The translations under genes and the position numbers were made by a program. A stretch of 64,000 bases of DNA from contig OY740807.1 in the NCBI GenBank assembly GCA_963514005.1, forward strand, positions 2,108,001-2,172,000, given 5' to 3'. Each line of letters starts with the position of its first letter. The first letter of the stretch is position 1. Below the pieces are notes generated by a model. It worked only from the letters and a program-made list of their open reading frames with translations, ran no database searches and was not told the origin of the DNA. The DNA comes from Raja brachyura (taxonomy: Eukaryota). Positions 1 through 14,194 of the stretch are shown here, one piece after another.

Positions 1-152
1 AAATAATTTTACTCACCTGCGGGCCGTTTTCTTACAGCTGTGTTGGAGCTGCGCTCTGCAGCTCTTCCTCTACCGATAGCGTCGACGTAATGCCGATCCA
101 GCGCCAGGCGGGGCTTCTTCACGTAGTCACTTACATGACTCCGAAGTAAAAT
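1..152 (-). mobile_element. Left terminus of a DIRS-family element (second family), continuing beyond the window start
   Basis: Reverse complement reads ATTTTACTTCGGAGTCATGTAAGTGACTACGTGAAG, matching the left end of the DIRS at 13991; internal sequence differs. Confidence 0.75.
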
Positions 153-169
153 CACATTTTTAGAGTAAT

Positions 170-362
170 TTATCCTTCAGATGAATTTATACATATGATT
201 TCTTAGGATAGCTTCTAATGTACTGACTCCTGCAGCCACAAACATATTACTAGCACTACACCATCTAGGTTTACTTAGCAGTGTTCTCATGGCATCATTA
301 CATGACACCTTTAGTCTCTGCAAATTTGTCTTTCCATAGTTCGACCACAGATGCGCAGTAAA
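170..362 (-). mobile_element. Fragment of a non-LTR retrotransposon ORF2 C-terminal region (clade uncertain)
   Basis: Translation TAHLWSNYGKTNLQRLKVSCNDAMRTLLSKPRWCSASNMFV resembles LINE post-RT regions. Confidence 0.45.
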
Positions 363-364
363 GA

Positions 365-493
365 GCCGTTTTCTTACAGCTGTGTTGGAGCTGCGCTCTG
401 CAGCTCTTCCTCTCCCGATAGCGTCGACGTAATGCCGATCCAGCGCCAGGCGGGGCTTCTTCACGTAGTCACTCACGTGACTCCGAAGTAAAA
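365..493 (-). mobile_element. Second, truncated copy of the DIRS left terminus, abutting a CR1 fragment
   Basis: Near-identical to about 23-150; ends in CTCCGAAGTAAAA next to CR1 sequence encoding DWRIANV. Confidence 0.7.
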
Positions 494-728
494 CATTAGC
501 TATCCTCCAATCCACAGGAACTGATCCTGAATCTATTGAACATTGGAAAATGATCACCAATGCGTCCACTATTTCTAGAGCCACCTCCCTGAGCACCCTG
601 GGATGCAGACCATCAAGCCCAGGGGATATATCATCCTTCAGTCCCATTAGCCAACACAATACTATTTCTCGCCTAATGAAAATGTCTTTCAGATCCTCCA
701 CCCCCTTAGGTCTCCTGTCCTCCAGTAC
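494..728 (-). mobile_element. CR1 LINE ORF2 fragment
   Basis: SPGLDGLHPRVLREVALEIVDALVIIFQ motif. Confidence 0.8.
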
Positions 729-2177
729 ATATAACCATATAACCATATAACAATTACAGCACGGAAACAGGCTTTCTCGGCCCTTCCAGTCCGTGCCGAC
801 CATTTGTTTTCCCCTAGTCCCATCTACCTGCACTCAGACCATACCCCTCCATTCCCTTCCCGTCCATATACCTCTCCACTTTACTTTTAAATGTTCAAAT
901 CGATCCTGCCTCCACTACTTCTGCTGGAAGATCATTCCACACAGCCACCACTCTCTGAGTAAAGAAGTTCCCCCTCATGTTACCCCTAAACGTCTGTCCC
1001 TTAATTCTCATGTCATGCCCTCTTGTTTGAATCTTCCCTACCCTCAATGGGAAAAGCTTATCCACGTCAACTCTGTCTATCCCTTTCATCATTTTAAAGA
1101 CCTCAATCAAGTCCCCCCTTAACCTTCTGTGCTCCAAAGAATAAACATAGAAACATAGAAACATAGAAAATAGGTGCAGGAGTAGGCCATTCGGCCCTTC
1201 GAGCCTGCACCGCCATTCAATGTGATCATGGCTGATCATCCAACTCAGTATCCCGTACCTGCCTTAAAGACCTAACTTGTTCAACCTTTCTCTGGAACTT
1301 AGTTGCTGGAACCCAGGCAACATTCTCGTAAATCTCCTCTGAACTCTCTCTATTTTGTTGACATCCTTCCTATAATCAGGCGACCAAAATTGTACACCAT
1401 ACTCCAGAATTGGTCTCACCAATGCCTTGTACAATTTTAACATTACTTCCCTACTCCTATATTCAATGCTCTGATTTATAAAGGCCAGCACACCAAAAGC
1501 TTTCTTTACCACCCTATCTACATGCAATTCCACCTTCAGGGAACTATGCACAGTTATTCCTAGATCCCTCTGTTCCACAGCATTCCTCAATTCCCTACCA
1601 TTTACCATGTACGTCCTATTTTGATTTGTCCTGCCAAGATGTAGCACTTCACACTTTTCAGCTTTAAACTCCATCTGCCATCTTTCAGCCCTCTCTTCCA
1701 AATGGCCCAAATCTCTCTGTAGACTTTGAAAATCTACTTCATTATCCACAGCACCACCTATCTTAGTATCATCTGCATACTTACTTATCCAATTTTCCAC
1801 ACAATCATCTAGATCATTGATGTACATGACAAACAACAGTGGACCCAACACAGATCCCTGAGGTACCCCACTGGTCACCGGCTTCCAACCTGACAAACAG
1901 CCATCCACCATTACTCTCTGGCATCTCCCATTCAGCCACTGTTGAATCCATCTTGCTACTCCGCCATTAACACCCAAAGATTGAACCTTCTTAACCAACC
2001 TTCCAAGGGGAACCTTGTCAAAGGCCTTACTGAAATCCATATAGACAACATCCACTGCTTTACCCTCATCATTTTCCCTAGTAACATCTTCAAAAAATTC
2101 AAGAAGGTTTGTCAAACATGACCTTCCAGGCACAAATCCATGTTGACTGTTCTTGATCAGTCCCTGTTTATCCAGAC
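729..2177 (-). mobile_element. 5'-truncated CR1 LINE (family A, (GTTATATG)n tail) with a nested CR1 family B 3' tail at about 1146-1264
   Basis: RT motifs [27 protein letters not shown]; the nested piece has (TTTCTATG)n and is flanked by a duplicated TAAA. Confidence 0.9.
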
Positions 2178-2701
2178 CCTGTACATCTGGGAGATTGTTT
2201 GTGTCCTCCTTAGTGAAGACAGATCCGAAGTACCTATTCAACTGTTCTGCCATTTCATTGTTATCCATAATTATTTCACACATGTCAGCCTTCAAGGGAC
2301 CCACATTTGATTTTGTGGCTGATCGTCCCCTATCAATAACCGGTACCTGCCTTCTCCCCATATCCCTTGACACCACTAGCCCCTAGAGCTCTATCTAACT
2401 CTCTCTTACATCCATCCTGTGACTTGGCCTCCACTGCCCACTGTGGCAGGGAATTCCATAAATTCACAACTCTCTGGGTGAAAACGTTTTTTGTCACCTC
2501 AGTCTTAAATGACCTCCGCTTTATTCTAAGACTGTGGCCCCTGGTTCTGGACTCGTCCAAGATTGGGACAATTTTTCCTGCAGCTAGCTTGTCCAGTCCT
2601 TTTATAATGTTATATGTTTCTATGAGATCCCCTCTCATCCTTCTAAACTCCAGTGAATACAAGCCTAGTCTTTTCCATCTTTCCTGATATGACAGTCCCG
2701 C
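2178..2701 (-). mobile_element. CR1 family B fragments (3' part of the copy that resumes at about 5868)
   Basis: LGLYSLEFRRMRGDLIETY...RTRGHSL; the sequence GACAGTCCCGC continues as ATCCCATGGATCAATC after the family A insert. Confidence 0.8.
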
Positions 2702-5700
2702 GATATAACCGTATAACCATATAACAATTACAGCACGGAAACAGGCCATCTCGGTCCTTCAAGTCCGTGCCGAACAACTTTTTTCCCTTAGTCCCACCTG
2801 CCTGCACTCATACCATAGCCCTCCATACCCTTCTCATCCATATGCCTATCCAATTTATTTTTAAATGATACCAACGAACCTGCCGCCACCACTTCCACTG
2901 GAAGCTCATTCCACACCACTACCACTCTCTGAGTAAAGAAGTTCCCCCTCATGTTACCCCTAAACCTCTGTTCCTTAATTCTAAAGTCATGTCCTCGTGT
3001 TTGAATCTTCCCTATTCTCAAAGGGAAAAGCTTGTCCACATTAACTCTGTCTATCCCTCTCATCATTTTAAAGACCTCTATCAAGTCCCCCCTTAACCTT
3101 CTGCGCTCCAGAGAATAAAGACCTAACTTATTTAACCTATCTCTGTAACTTAGCTGTTGAAACCCAGGCAACATTCTAGTAAATCTCCTCTGTACCCTCT
3201 CTATTTTGTTGACATCCTTCCTATAATTGGGCGACCAAAATTGTACACCATACTCCAGATTTGGTCTCACCAACGCCTTGTACAATTTTAACATTACATC
3301 CCAGCTTCTATACTCAATGCTCTGATTTATAAAGGCTAGCATACCAAAAGCTTTCTTTACCACCCTATCTATATGAGATTCCACCTTCAAGGAACTATGC
3401 ACGGTTATTCCCAGATCCCTCTGTTCAACTGTATTCTTCAATTCCCTACCGTTTACCATGTACGTCCTATTTTGATTTGTCCTGCCAAGGTGTAGCACCT
3501 CACATTTATCAGCATTAAACTCCATCTGCCATCTTTCAGCCCATTTTTCCAACTGGCCTAAATCACTCTGTAGACTTTGGAAATCCTCTTCATTATCCAC
3601 AACACCCCCTATCTTGGTATCATCTGCATACTTACTAATCCAATTTACCACCCCTTCATCCAGATCATTGATGTACATGACAAACAACAAAGGACCCAAC
3701 ACAGGTCCCTGAGGCACCCCACTAGTCACCTGCCTCCAACCCGACAAACAGCCATCCACCATTACTCTCTGGCTTCTCCCATTCAGCCACTGTTGAATCC
3801 ATCTTGCTATTCCTGCATTTATACCCAACAGTTGAACCTTCTTAACCAACCTTCCATGAGGAACCTTGTCAAAGGCCTTACTGAAGTCCATATAGACAAC
3901 ATCCACTGCTTTACCCTCGTCAATTTCCCTAGTAACCTCTTCAAAAAATTCAAGAAGATTAGTCAAACATGACCTTCCAGGCATAAATCCATGTTGACTG
4001 TTCCTAATTAGACCCTCTTTATCCAGATACTTATATATATTATCTCTAAGTTTATTTTCCATTAATTTGCCCACCACTTAAGTCAAACTAACCGGTCTAT
4101 AATTGCTAGGTTTACTTTTAGAACCCTTTTTAAACAATGGAACAACAGCGCAGTACGCCAATCCTCGGGGACTATTCCCGTTTCTAATGACATTTGAAAT
4201 ATTTCTGTCATAGCCCCGGCTATTTCTACACTAACTTCCCTCAATGTCCTAGGGAATATCCTGTCAGGACCTGGAGACTTATCCACTTTTATATTTTTCA
4301 AAAGTGCCAGTACTTCTTTTACTTTGAAACTCATAGTATCCATAGCTACTCTACTAGTTTCCCTTACCTCACATAATTCAATATCCTTCTCCTTGGTGAA
4401 TACCGAAGAAAAGAAATTGTTCAATATCTCCCCCATCTCTTTTGGCTCTGCAGATAGCTGTCCACTCGGTCTCTCTAATGGACCAATTTTATCCCTTGTT
4501 ATCCTTTTGCTATTAATATAGCTGTAGAAACCCTTTGGATTTACTTTCACCTTACCTGCCAAAGCAACCTCATATCTTCTTTTAGCTTTTCTAATTTCTT
4601 TCTTAAGATTCTTTTTACATTCCTTATACTCCTCAAGCACCTCATTTACTTCATGCTGCTTATAATTATTGTAGATCTCCCTCTTTTTCCGAACAAGATG
4701 TCCAATTTCCCTTGAAAACCAGGGCACTTTCCAATTTTTACTGGTTCCTTTCAACCGAACAGGAACATAAAGATTTTGTACTCTTAAAATTTCCCCTTTA
4801 AATGTCCTCCATTTCTCCTCTACATCTTTCCCATAAAACAAAATGTCCCAGTTCACTCCTTTTAAATCATCTCGCATCTCGTTAAAGTTAGCCTTTCTCC
4901 AATCAAAAATCTCAACCCTAGGCCCAGTTCTGTCCTTCTCCATAATTATATTGAAACTAATGGTATTGTGATCACTGGACCCGAAGTGTTCCCCTACGCA
5001 TACCTCCGCCACCTGTCCCGTCTCATTTCCTAACAGGAGGTCCAGCACAGCCCCTCCTCTAGTAGGCACCTCTATGTATTGCTGCAAAAAACTATCCTGC
5101 ACACATTTTACAAACTCCAAACCATCCAGCCCATTTACAGAATGTGTTTCCCAGTCTATGTGTGGAAAGTTGAAATCTCCCACAATCAGTACCTTGTGCT
5201 TACTACTAATATCTGCTATCTCTTTACATATTTGCTCTTCCAATTCTCGTTCCCCATTTGGCGGTCTATAATATACCCCTATAAGTGTTGCTACACCTTT
5301 CCCACTTCTAAGTTCCACCCAAATAGCCTCCCTAGATGAGCCCTCCAATCTATCCTGCCAAAGCACTGCTGTAATATCTTCCCTGACTAGCAATGCAACA
5401 CCTCCACCTCTTGCCCCTCCAATTCTATCACACCTGAAGCAACGAAATCCTGGAATATTTAGTTTCCAATCACAGCCCTCCTGCAACCATGTTTCACTGA
5501 TCGCCACAACATCATACTTCCAGGTGTCTATCCAGACTCTAAGCTCATCCACCTTTCTGACAATGCTCCTAGCATTAAAATATGCACATTTAAGAAACCC
5601 CCCATCTCTTGTTCTCTGTTTATTTCCTTTTTTTTCTTTCTCCTCTTGTGTCCGAGTGCTTCCCTTTTCTGCTTCCTGCCTCCCATTCTGTCTACTAGCT

Positions 5701-5867
5701 TTTGCTATTTGCTTCCCTCGCCCCAACCATTCTAGTTTAAAGTCTCCCCAGTGGCCTTTGCAAATTTCCCCGCCAGGATATTGGTCCCCCTCGGGTTCAA
5801 GTGCAACCCATCCTTTCTGTACAGGTCCCACCTACCCCAAAAGAAGTCCCAATGATCCAGAAACTTG
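2702..5867 (-). mobile_element. Near-complete CR1 family A ORF2 (APE endonuclease + RT), frameshifted near 4080-4150, inserted in a CR1 family B copy
   Basis: ORF 4083-5831 has NARS, SETW, GDFN, SDH; ORF 2788-4077 has the RT YADD; microsatellite 3' tail at 2702. Confidence 0.92.
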
Positions 5868-6415
5868 AATCCCATGGATCAATCTCGTGAACCTAAGCTG
5901 CACTGCCTCAATCACAAGGTTGTCCTTCCTCAAATTAGGAGACCAAAACTGTACACAATACTTCAGATGTGGTCTCACCAGAGCCCTATACAACTGCAGA
6001 AGAACCTCTTTACTCCTACACTGAAATCCTCTTGTTATGAAGGCCACATTCCATTAGCTGTCTTCACAGCCTGCTGTACCTGTAAACCAACTTTCAGTGC
6101 AAGGACGCCCAGGTCTCGCTGCACCTCCCCATTACCTAACCTGACCCCATTGAGATAATAATCTGCCCCCTTGTTTTTGCCGCCAAAGTGGATAACCTCA
6201 CATTTATCTATATTATACTGTATCTGTCACACATCTGCCCACTCGCTCAACCTGTCCAGGTCCTCCTGCAACCTCCTAAGATCCTCTTCACAGTTCACAC
6301 TGCCACCCAGCTTTGTTTCATCCGCAAACTTGCTGGTGTTGCTCCTAATTCCCTCTTCCAAATCATTAATGTATATGGTAAACAGTTGCGGCCCAACACC
6401 GAGCCTTGCGGCACT
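5868..6415 (-). mobile_element. CR1 family B RT fragment
   Basis: YRALVRPHLKYCVQFWSP and FADET motifs. Confidence 0.8.
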
Positions 6416-7819
6416 GCAAGAAGAGGTAGAAGTAGGGTCACCTACATCAGTGTACTGCGGAATGACACATGGTTTGACAGCATTAACAATCTGAGGACTG
6501 CCATGCTAGATAAACTGGTCTGAGGTGCTATATTTGTGGAACCAGGGATGGCATATAGGCTAAGGCCAACGAATGCCCTTGCATTAGTAGAAGTAGTGAC
6601 AGTAGTGGTAAATGGCAATATACATTCAGAAGCATCTGAATGATTTTGCAGCATCATGCCAGCATGCTGGGTGCTGAGTGACAGTGAACTAATTCCAGTC
6701 ATGCTAGTCAGCATGGCTCAACAATATTAACACTGGGTGATTTTTTAAAATTGTACTTACCATGTCACGTGAAGGCTTGTTTGGTAAGCTCTATGATGAA
6801 ATGTGAATTTTATGTTATGCTATATATTTTTGATGTTATGGAATCAAAATCAAGAATTAACATTTCATAAATGGTTTCACAATTCAGTTGGACAGATTTT
6901 CAGTATTCCATACTGATATTTGAGAATCCATGAAGTTGCATGCAAAATACTGAAAATTCTATGTAGTACGTTCTATTGCATTCATGTGAGAAATACCAAT
7001 TTCCCCAACAAAATACTGATTGGAGCCATCAAAATACGGAAATGCTCGGTGAAACTTGGCAGTTCTACAATTATTCAAAATCACATTTTGTTTGAGAATT
7101 CAAAATGTGATTTGGGATCTTGTTTATGAGTCATCATGGAACTAGAATTTGTTATAATAGTATGACTATAGGTCATACTATTAGTTTGGTTAGTTTGAAA
7201 GCAGTCGTAGTAATGTAAATGCATCATTTAGTTTGACTTCAATTTTCATGATGGAAATTGAAGTCGAACTAAATGTTGTATTCACATCACTATTCCATGT
7301 TGAAATTGATGTGATGTTGAGTTGTTCGGTCAGGAGGACCATTAAAGGTGCACTGCACACACTAACACAGTCTAACAGTAACAGGCAATCAAATCAATAC
7401 ACAAAACATTTTCTGAAAAAGTGTTTTGTTTACTGCAAAAACTTACAGTATTTTATTTGCAGTTTTTACATGCTCCTTTATAACATTTTACATAACATTT
7501 TACAACATTACATTTTGAATATTAAAAAAAGGACACCAATGCTTGATTTTAAAAAATGAATACAACAATGACCCCAATCATCCCATTCCACCCACTCATT
7601 ACTCTTGACGCAACCAAAATTATTTCAGAAATATTGGTCATAAATGTGGTGCAAAAATGCTCCAAAATAAGGCTCCGAATGCTTCAAAGAGCATCTAAAA
7701 CCCCAGAGCTTCCTGGGCCCTTAAGCAGGCCCTGGACCCCGGCCACGATGGGCTTCGCACTCGTGCTTATTTCACATAAAATGTTTGTTACCCTGCCATT
7801 CCAACCCCTTTTTTGAAAA

Positions 7820-8730
7820 GTTTTATATGAATCTGCTATACTTGCCACAGGTGTGGCCTGTCCCTCCCTCCTGCGCCACAGACATCTCCCGGGCCATCTT
7901 CCAGTTCATCTGGGGGTCGAGGATGGATTCAGTGCAACAGGCCACAATGCACAATTCAGCAGACAATGGGGGTAAAAGCGTGCCCAACGTTGCCTTCACC
8001 CCGATTGCCACCTCCATGTGTGGCTGCATCAGGCAGAACGTAGAGGCAAGGCATGTGGGCACCAAGTGTCACTACCTGCTGAGGTTCTACCTGTCCCCGG
8101 TGTTGCAAAGGATAGGCCTGGCACAGATGCCACACAATGCTCCAGTCAGCTGGACATCATCTGTCATTCATGGACCATCTGTCATTCATGGAAAAGTTCT
8201 TCCGGACCAACACCTTTGACCACAAGTCCATCGGGCCGGGTTAACTCGGAACATCATGCAGGCACTGCAGGGAAATGTCTCCATGGATCCTGTGGTGTGG
8301 TTCCCAGAGTAGATGGCACAGCTTGAATGGCGAAATGCCTCATCATCAGAACTCACCAACAAGCACCAAGTCCTGGCTTGGCTGGTGGTGACGGTAGCCA
8401 CCCCAGTCAGATCCTTCCTGTATTTGCTGAGGGGCGCACTGAAGCTTGGTGTAGCCAACGCCAAGGCTCTGTGGGGGAAGTCCAGGGTCGAGGGTCATTC
8501 CACTGCTGGACATTGGCGGGCAGGGTGTGGTGGGGATGCCCCTCAAAAATAAGGGAAGGGATTCCACGCCAGTGGGTCTCATGAGTGGCAAAGGTAGGGG
8601 ATAAATGTGTGAAATTTGTGTAAACAGTTTTGAATGTTTGTATAGCCTCCAAAATTGTCAGATGACATTTTTGCACGGTTCCTGTATTGTATATATTTAT
8701 TACTTGAATAAAGTCTATTTTAAAATAATG
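7820..8730 (+). mobile_element. Degenerate 3' part of a Tx1-like (L1 clade) LINE
   Basis: LLYLPQVWPVPPSCATDISRAIFQFIWG...GGKSVPNV; AT-rich end with AATAAA near 8708. Confidence 0.65.
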
Positions 8731-8907
8731 TTTAAAGAGTTCTCCAGGACGAGGCTATCCCATTGCATTTCGGGTGTGCTGACGCCTACAGTGTCCCCAA
8801 ATGCGGGATACTCAACTGCAAAATTTGTGATAGCGGGGGGCTGATTTCTCCCCTGATTTTTGAACTATAACCAGAATAAAATGCTTTTGTGGCTACAATC
8901 TCTAAGA

Positions 8908-10000
8908 TTTAGAAACATAGAAATATGGAAAATAGTTGCAGGAGGAGGACATTCGGCCCTTAGAGCGAGCACCACCATTCATTGTGATCATAGTTGATCG
9001 TGCCAAATCAATAACCCGTGCCTGCCTTCGCCCCATATCCCTTGATTCCACTTGTCCCTAGAGCTCTATCTAACTCTCTCTTAAATCCATCCGGTGAGTT
9101 GGCCACCACTGCCCTCTGTGGCAGGTAATTCCACAAATTCACAACTCTCTGGGTGAAAATGTTTTTTTCTCACCTCACTCTTAAATGGCCTCCCCTTTAT
9201 TCAAAGACTGTGGCCCCTGGTTCTGGACTCGCCCAACATTGGGAACATTTTTTCTTGCATCTAGCTTGTCCAGTCCTTTTATAATTTTATATGTTTCTAT
9301 AAGATATCCCCTCATCCTTCTAAACTCCAGTGAATACAAGCCTAGTCTTTGAAATCTTTCCTCATATGACAGTCCCGCCATCACAGGGATCAATCTCGTG
9401 AACCTACGCTGCACTGCCACAATCACAACGATGTCCTTCCTCAAATTAGATCAAAACTGTACACAATACTCCAGATGTGGCGTTGTCAGAACCCTGTACA
9501 ACTGCAGAATCCTCTGTCCTCCAGTACATATGGGAGATTGTTTGTGCCTTCCTTATTGAACACAGATCCGAAGTACCTATTCAACTCTTCTGCCATTTCT
9601 TTGTTATCCATAATAATTTCACCCGTGTCTGCCTTCAAGGGACCCACATTTGACTTTGCTACTCTTTTTCCCTTAACATATCTAAAGAAGCTTTTACTGT
9701 CCTTCTTTACATTCCTGGCTAGCTTCCCCTCGTACTTCATCTTTTCCGCCCATATTGCCCGTTTTGCTTCCTTCTGTTGTCCTATGAAAGTTTCCCAATC
9801 CTCTGGCTTCCGGCTACTCTTTGCTGTTATACATCTTTTCTTTTAGTTCTATTCTATCCCTACCTCTTGTCAGCCATGGTTGCCTCCTACTCCCCTTAGA
9901 ATCTTTATTCCGTTTTGGAATGAAATTATCCTGCGTCTTCCGGATTATGCCCAGAAATTCCTGCCATTGATGATCCATCCACATTTCTGCTAGGATCCCT
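8908..10000 (-). mobile_element. Rearranged CR1 family B fragments
   Basis: 3' tail at 8908; VQRRFTRLIP and KSFFRYVKGKRVAKSNVGPL motifs. Confidence 0.8.
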
Positions 10001-10233
10001 TTCCAGATAAGCAGATGGTTGGACAAAGGCCAGAAATAAAAAGACAGACTTCCGGTTGGCGCCATGGAGTAAGTGGAGTCGCGCCATTACAGCTCCGCTA
10101 AAAATTGAAGAAAAAACGGGGGTATAGGGGTCAGTTAAACGTACTTACCACAGGAGAACAACTGGGAACGGCTCCGGTAGCGTTTAAAAGGTGCGTGACG
10201 TCATCAGGCGCGCGACTCTAATAGGAAAACAAG

Positions 10234-11325
10234 ATGCAACGCTCCCCCCCCGCTGGTACTGGTAAAAAACTTACAAGAAGGGAAATAGGCCCCGTTGGAG
10301 CCCTGAGCTCGAGTTTGGCTGCTTCCCAAGAGGAGATCTCACAGAGGAAATCTGAAATGGAGGAACTTAAAAACACTATCCTAGGTGAGATGAAGAAAAT
10401 GCTTAAAGATATGAAGAAGGATTATAAAGCTGATATAAAAAATTTAAGAGCTGATATTCTGGTGTTTCATGAGAGAATTAAAGAAGATTTAAAAAATGAA
10501 GTTATAGAGACGGTAAAGATTATGATGAACGAGTGGAAAGAAAAGGCTGATGCTGAGTTACAAAACCAAATGGCGGAGATAAAGGACAAAGCTGCTGGGA
10601 TTGAAAGAATGCTGGATGACAAGATAGATCCTATTTTAATCTCGCTCGACCAACAAAATGAGGCAATTAAAGAGCTAACTGAGCTTGCTGTATTAAATAC
10701 TAAGGAGAGAGAGAAGCTCCGCTCCGAGAACAAACGTCTATCAGAATTATTACGCAAAATAAACGAGAAATGTATCGATTTGGAGGGATGTCAACGGCGT
10801 AAGAATTTGCGGATAGTTAGTTTGAGTGAGGGTCGCGAGGGAAATCAAGACCCTCGAAAATTTGTTGCAAAACTACTAAAGGATATTTTGAATCTGGATC
10901 AAGAACCCCTGTTGGGCCGTGCACACAGGGCATTAAGACGGGCTCCCAGGAGAGACGCGCCTCCAAGACAAATGATTGTAAAGGTGGCTTACGATCATGT
11001 TTTTGAAGATATGATGAAAATAATAATACGTATGAAAAATCTTAAGTACGAAGGGGATAATATTAGTATCTTCAGAGATTACCCTGCGGAAGTGGCCAAG
11101 AGAAGATCTTTATTCACAGAAACAAGAGGTGTTCTGAGGAATATAAAGGATACAAAGGATCTGAGATATGGCCTGATGTACCCAGCAACATTAAGAGTAA
11201 CCTACAACGATAAGGAGTACCGTTTCGTTAAACATACAGAAGCACTGGAATTCGCTCGAAACATACAGAAGGAAACAGAAGAGGAAGAAGAGCAAGTGGA
11301 TCAAGAACAAGAAGATGACGACTGA
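10234..11325 (+). CDS. L1 ORF1 protein (coiled coil + RRM/CTD, Transposase_22-like), intact, 363 aa
   Basis: DLEGCQRRKNLRIV, RAHR, IFRDY and YPATLRV motifs. Confidence 0.9.
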   Translation: MQRSPPAGTGKKLTRREIGPVGALSSSLAASQEEISQRKSEMEELKNTILGEMKKMLKDMKKDYKADIKNLRADILVFHERIKEDLKNEVIETVKIMMNEWKEKADAELQNQMAEIKDKAAGIERMLDDKIDPILISLDQQNEAIKELTELAVLNTKEREKLRSENKRLSELLRKINEKCIDLEGCQRRKNLRIVSLSEGREGNQDPRKFVAKLLKDILNLDQEPLLGRAHRALRRAPRRDAPPRQMIVKVAYDHVFEDMMKIIIRMKNLKYEGDNISIFRDYPAEVAKRRSLFTETRGVLRNIKDTKDLRYGLMYPATLRVTYNDKEYRFVKHTEALEFARNIQKETEEEEEQVDQEQEDDD

Positions 11326-13563
11326 ACTTTTACAACCCACCTGCGGTTATGAATTATTCATGGAGAAGGAGGAGGAATAATGGACATGGACTTTAATTTT
11401 GGTTTAAAGAGAGATGGATAGATTATTAATAAATAAATTAGTACATTATAGTTTTGTATTATCTATCCTTTAAAAATGTCAATTATTCCCCTAACATAGT
11501 ATCATTTACCCTCCCTAACATTGTATTACTTATCATAATATTAATTATAATAGATACTAGTAACATGAATTATTACTAAGTATATAAATTTAGCACCCCA
11601 CCCCAATATATGCAGCATTTAAGATTGGAGCTGGAATTATTAACATCTTTTTTTTTAAACAGAAGTCAGTAGCCACGTTAGTGTGGCTTACACTAACACA
11701 CACTACACTATATATAGGTGTAGTTACTTTTTTTTCTGGGCACTTTATTAACATCCTTCAATTCACTTTCACTCACATTTTTCATTATTTTTGGTATATT
11801 AGATATTTGATTTTATATTATACAGTATATGAATATATTTACGATTGGTATTACATAATTAGTTTAAGGAGACGTGTATATGGAATAGTAAGACATATAT
11901 TAATTTTCATCAATCCAATGTCTGGGTATAATGTTGAGTTTGACGGGCCGAGACGGCTACTCCAATATAAACCGCCTTAACAGTAAAATGCAAGATATTA
12001 ATGGGAAGACTGGGGGTAATGGAATCACCTTCTGTAGTTGGAATGTTAAGGGAATTAATGAACCAATTAAAAGAGGTAAGGTGTTAGCTCAATTAAACAG
12101 ATTGAAATCAGATGTTACTTTTGTTCAAGAGACTCACCTCAAAAAAGATGCTCGACACAGATTAACAGCTAAATGGATTTCGAAAGTGTATCACTCCTCA
12201 TTTATACATAAGTCTAGAGGGGTAGCAATAATTATTCGTAAAGGTATACCTTTTAAACTAAGTTCTATAATAGAGGATACAGAGGGTAGATATGTAATAA
12301 TTACAGGGGAATTATACTCTAAAAAAGTAATCCTAATGAATATATATGCCCCTAACTTTGATAACCCATTATTTTTTCAGAAAATATTTAATAATATCCC
12401 TATATCTGCTTAATATAACTTAATAATTGGAGGTAATTTCAATTGTACTTTAGATAACTATTTAGATAGATCTTCAACGAAAAGGAAAGCTATCTCTAAG
12501 TCAAGTAAACTTATAAATTATTTTATTAGTACAGCAAATGTTAAGGATATCTGGAGAATAGATAACCCATTGGGACGAGAATATTCTTTTTTCTCGCCTG
12601 TATTCGGAACTTATTCGAGGATAGATTATTTTTTAATAGATTCAAAATTACTTCCATTTACGTATGATGCAAAATATCATAATATTATTATTTTGGATCA
12701 CGCTCCACTAACATTTAAGATAAAATTAAAAGATATAATTATTAAAACTCCTAACTGGAGGCTTAATCCCGAAATATTAAAGGACAAGGCTTGTTATGAT
12801 TACCTGGTAAAACAGATTAAATTATTCTTTGAAACTAATGACAAACCTGAAATTTCACCATCACTTCTTTGGGATACATTTAAAGCATTCATACGCAGTG
12901 CAATAATATCAGCACAAGCATATTTTAACAAAGAAAATCGAAAGACGGAACAAAAGTTGGAAAAGGAGATAAAACAATTAGATATTGAGAATACAAAATA
13001 TCCTTCTAAAGTGCTAAGTAATAAAATTGCATTATTAAAATATAAACTAAATAAAATATACTCTAACCAAGTAATTAAACTTTATCAACAAACTAAACAA
13101 GTGCACTTTGAATTTGGAGATAAACCGCAAAAACTGTTGGCTCGACAACTCAGAAAACGAGATGATGAAAAAATGATACATAGAATTAGATCTGAGCATT
13201 GAAATATATCGACCTTACCAAAAGATATCAATGATATATTTTTACAATATTATCAAAGTCTTTATTCATCTAAAATAACAGGACAAACGGATGGAATGGA
13301 TACATTCCTACAAAAATGTAATATTAACAGCTTAGATCAGGGAGGTAGAGACTTGTTAAACGCTGATATATCAATAAAAGATATTGAAGAATCAATCGGA
13401 TCGTTAAATAATGGAAAGGCTGCGGGCCCTGATGGCCTGAGTGCAGAATTTTATAAGAAATTTCAAGATCTGAAACCCCAAGATTACATACAGTGTATAA
13501 ATATACATATGAACAAGGAAAATTGCCGGAATCTTTAAATGAATCTACAATTACACTTATTCC

Positions 13564-13791
13564 ATATAACGATATAACAATTACAGCACGGAAACAGGCC
13601 ATCTCGGCCCTTCAAGTCCGTGCCGAACAACTTTTTTCCCTTAGTCCCACCTGCCTGCACTCATACCATAACCCTCCATACCCTTCTCATCCATATGCCT
13701 ATCCAATTTATTTTTAAATGATACCAACGAACCTGCCGCCACCACTTCCACTGGAAGCTCATTCCACACCGCTACCACTCTCTGAGTAAAG
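13564..13791 (-). mobile_element. CR1 family A 3' fragment inserted in L1 ORF2
   Basis: TSD TTATTCC at 13557-13563 and 13792-13798; removing it restores TITLIPKVDKDLEDPGSYR. Confidence 0.9.
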
Positions 13792-14194
13792 TTATTCCTA
13801 AGGTTGACAAGGATTTGGAAGACCCAGGATCATATAGAGCAATTGCTCTTTTAAACACAGATCAAAAAATATTAGCTAAAGTTTTATCTCGGAGATTAAG
13901 TTTGGTGATCACTAAAATAATACATCATGATCAAACAGGTTTTCTCCAAAACGTTATTCATCCCATAATTTGAGACGATTATTTAATATTTTACTTCGGA
14001 GTCACGTGAGTGACTTCGTGAAGACCCCGCCAACACGCATGCGCGGCATATCCTCGCGCGCATTTGCTCACGGCAGCTGGGGGGGGGGGGTGCGCTCCCT
14101 CAACCGGCTCCTTCAAAAAGGTAAGCAGCTGCAGGTAAGTTAACCTTAAGCTGGTTTGTCGTTTTTGTGTGGTCTGTGTTGTGTTTACAGAGCC

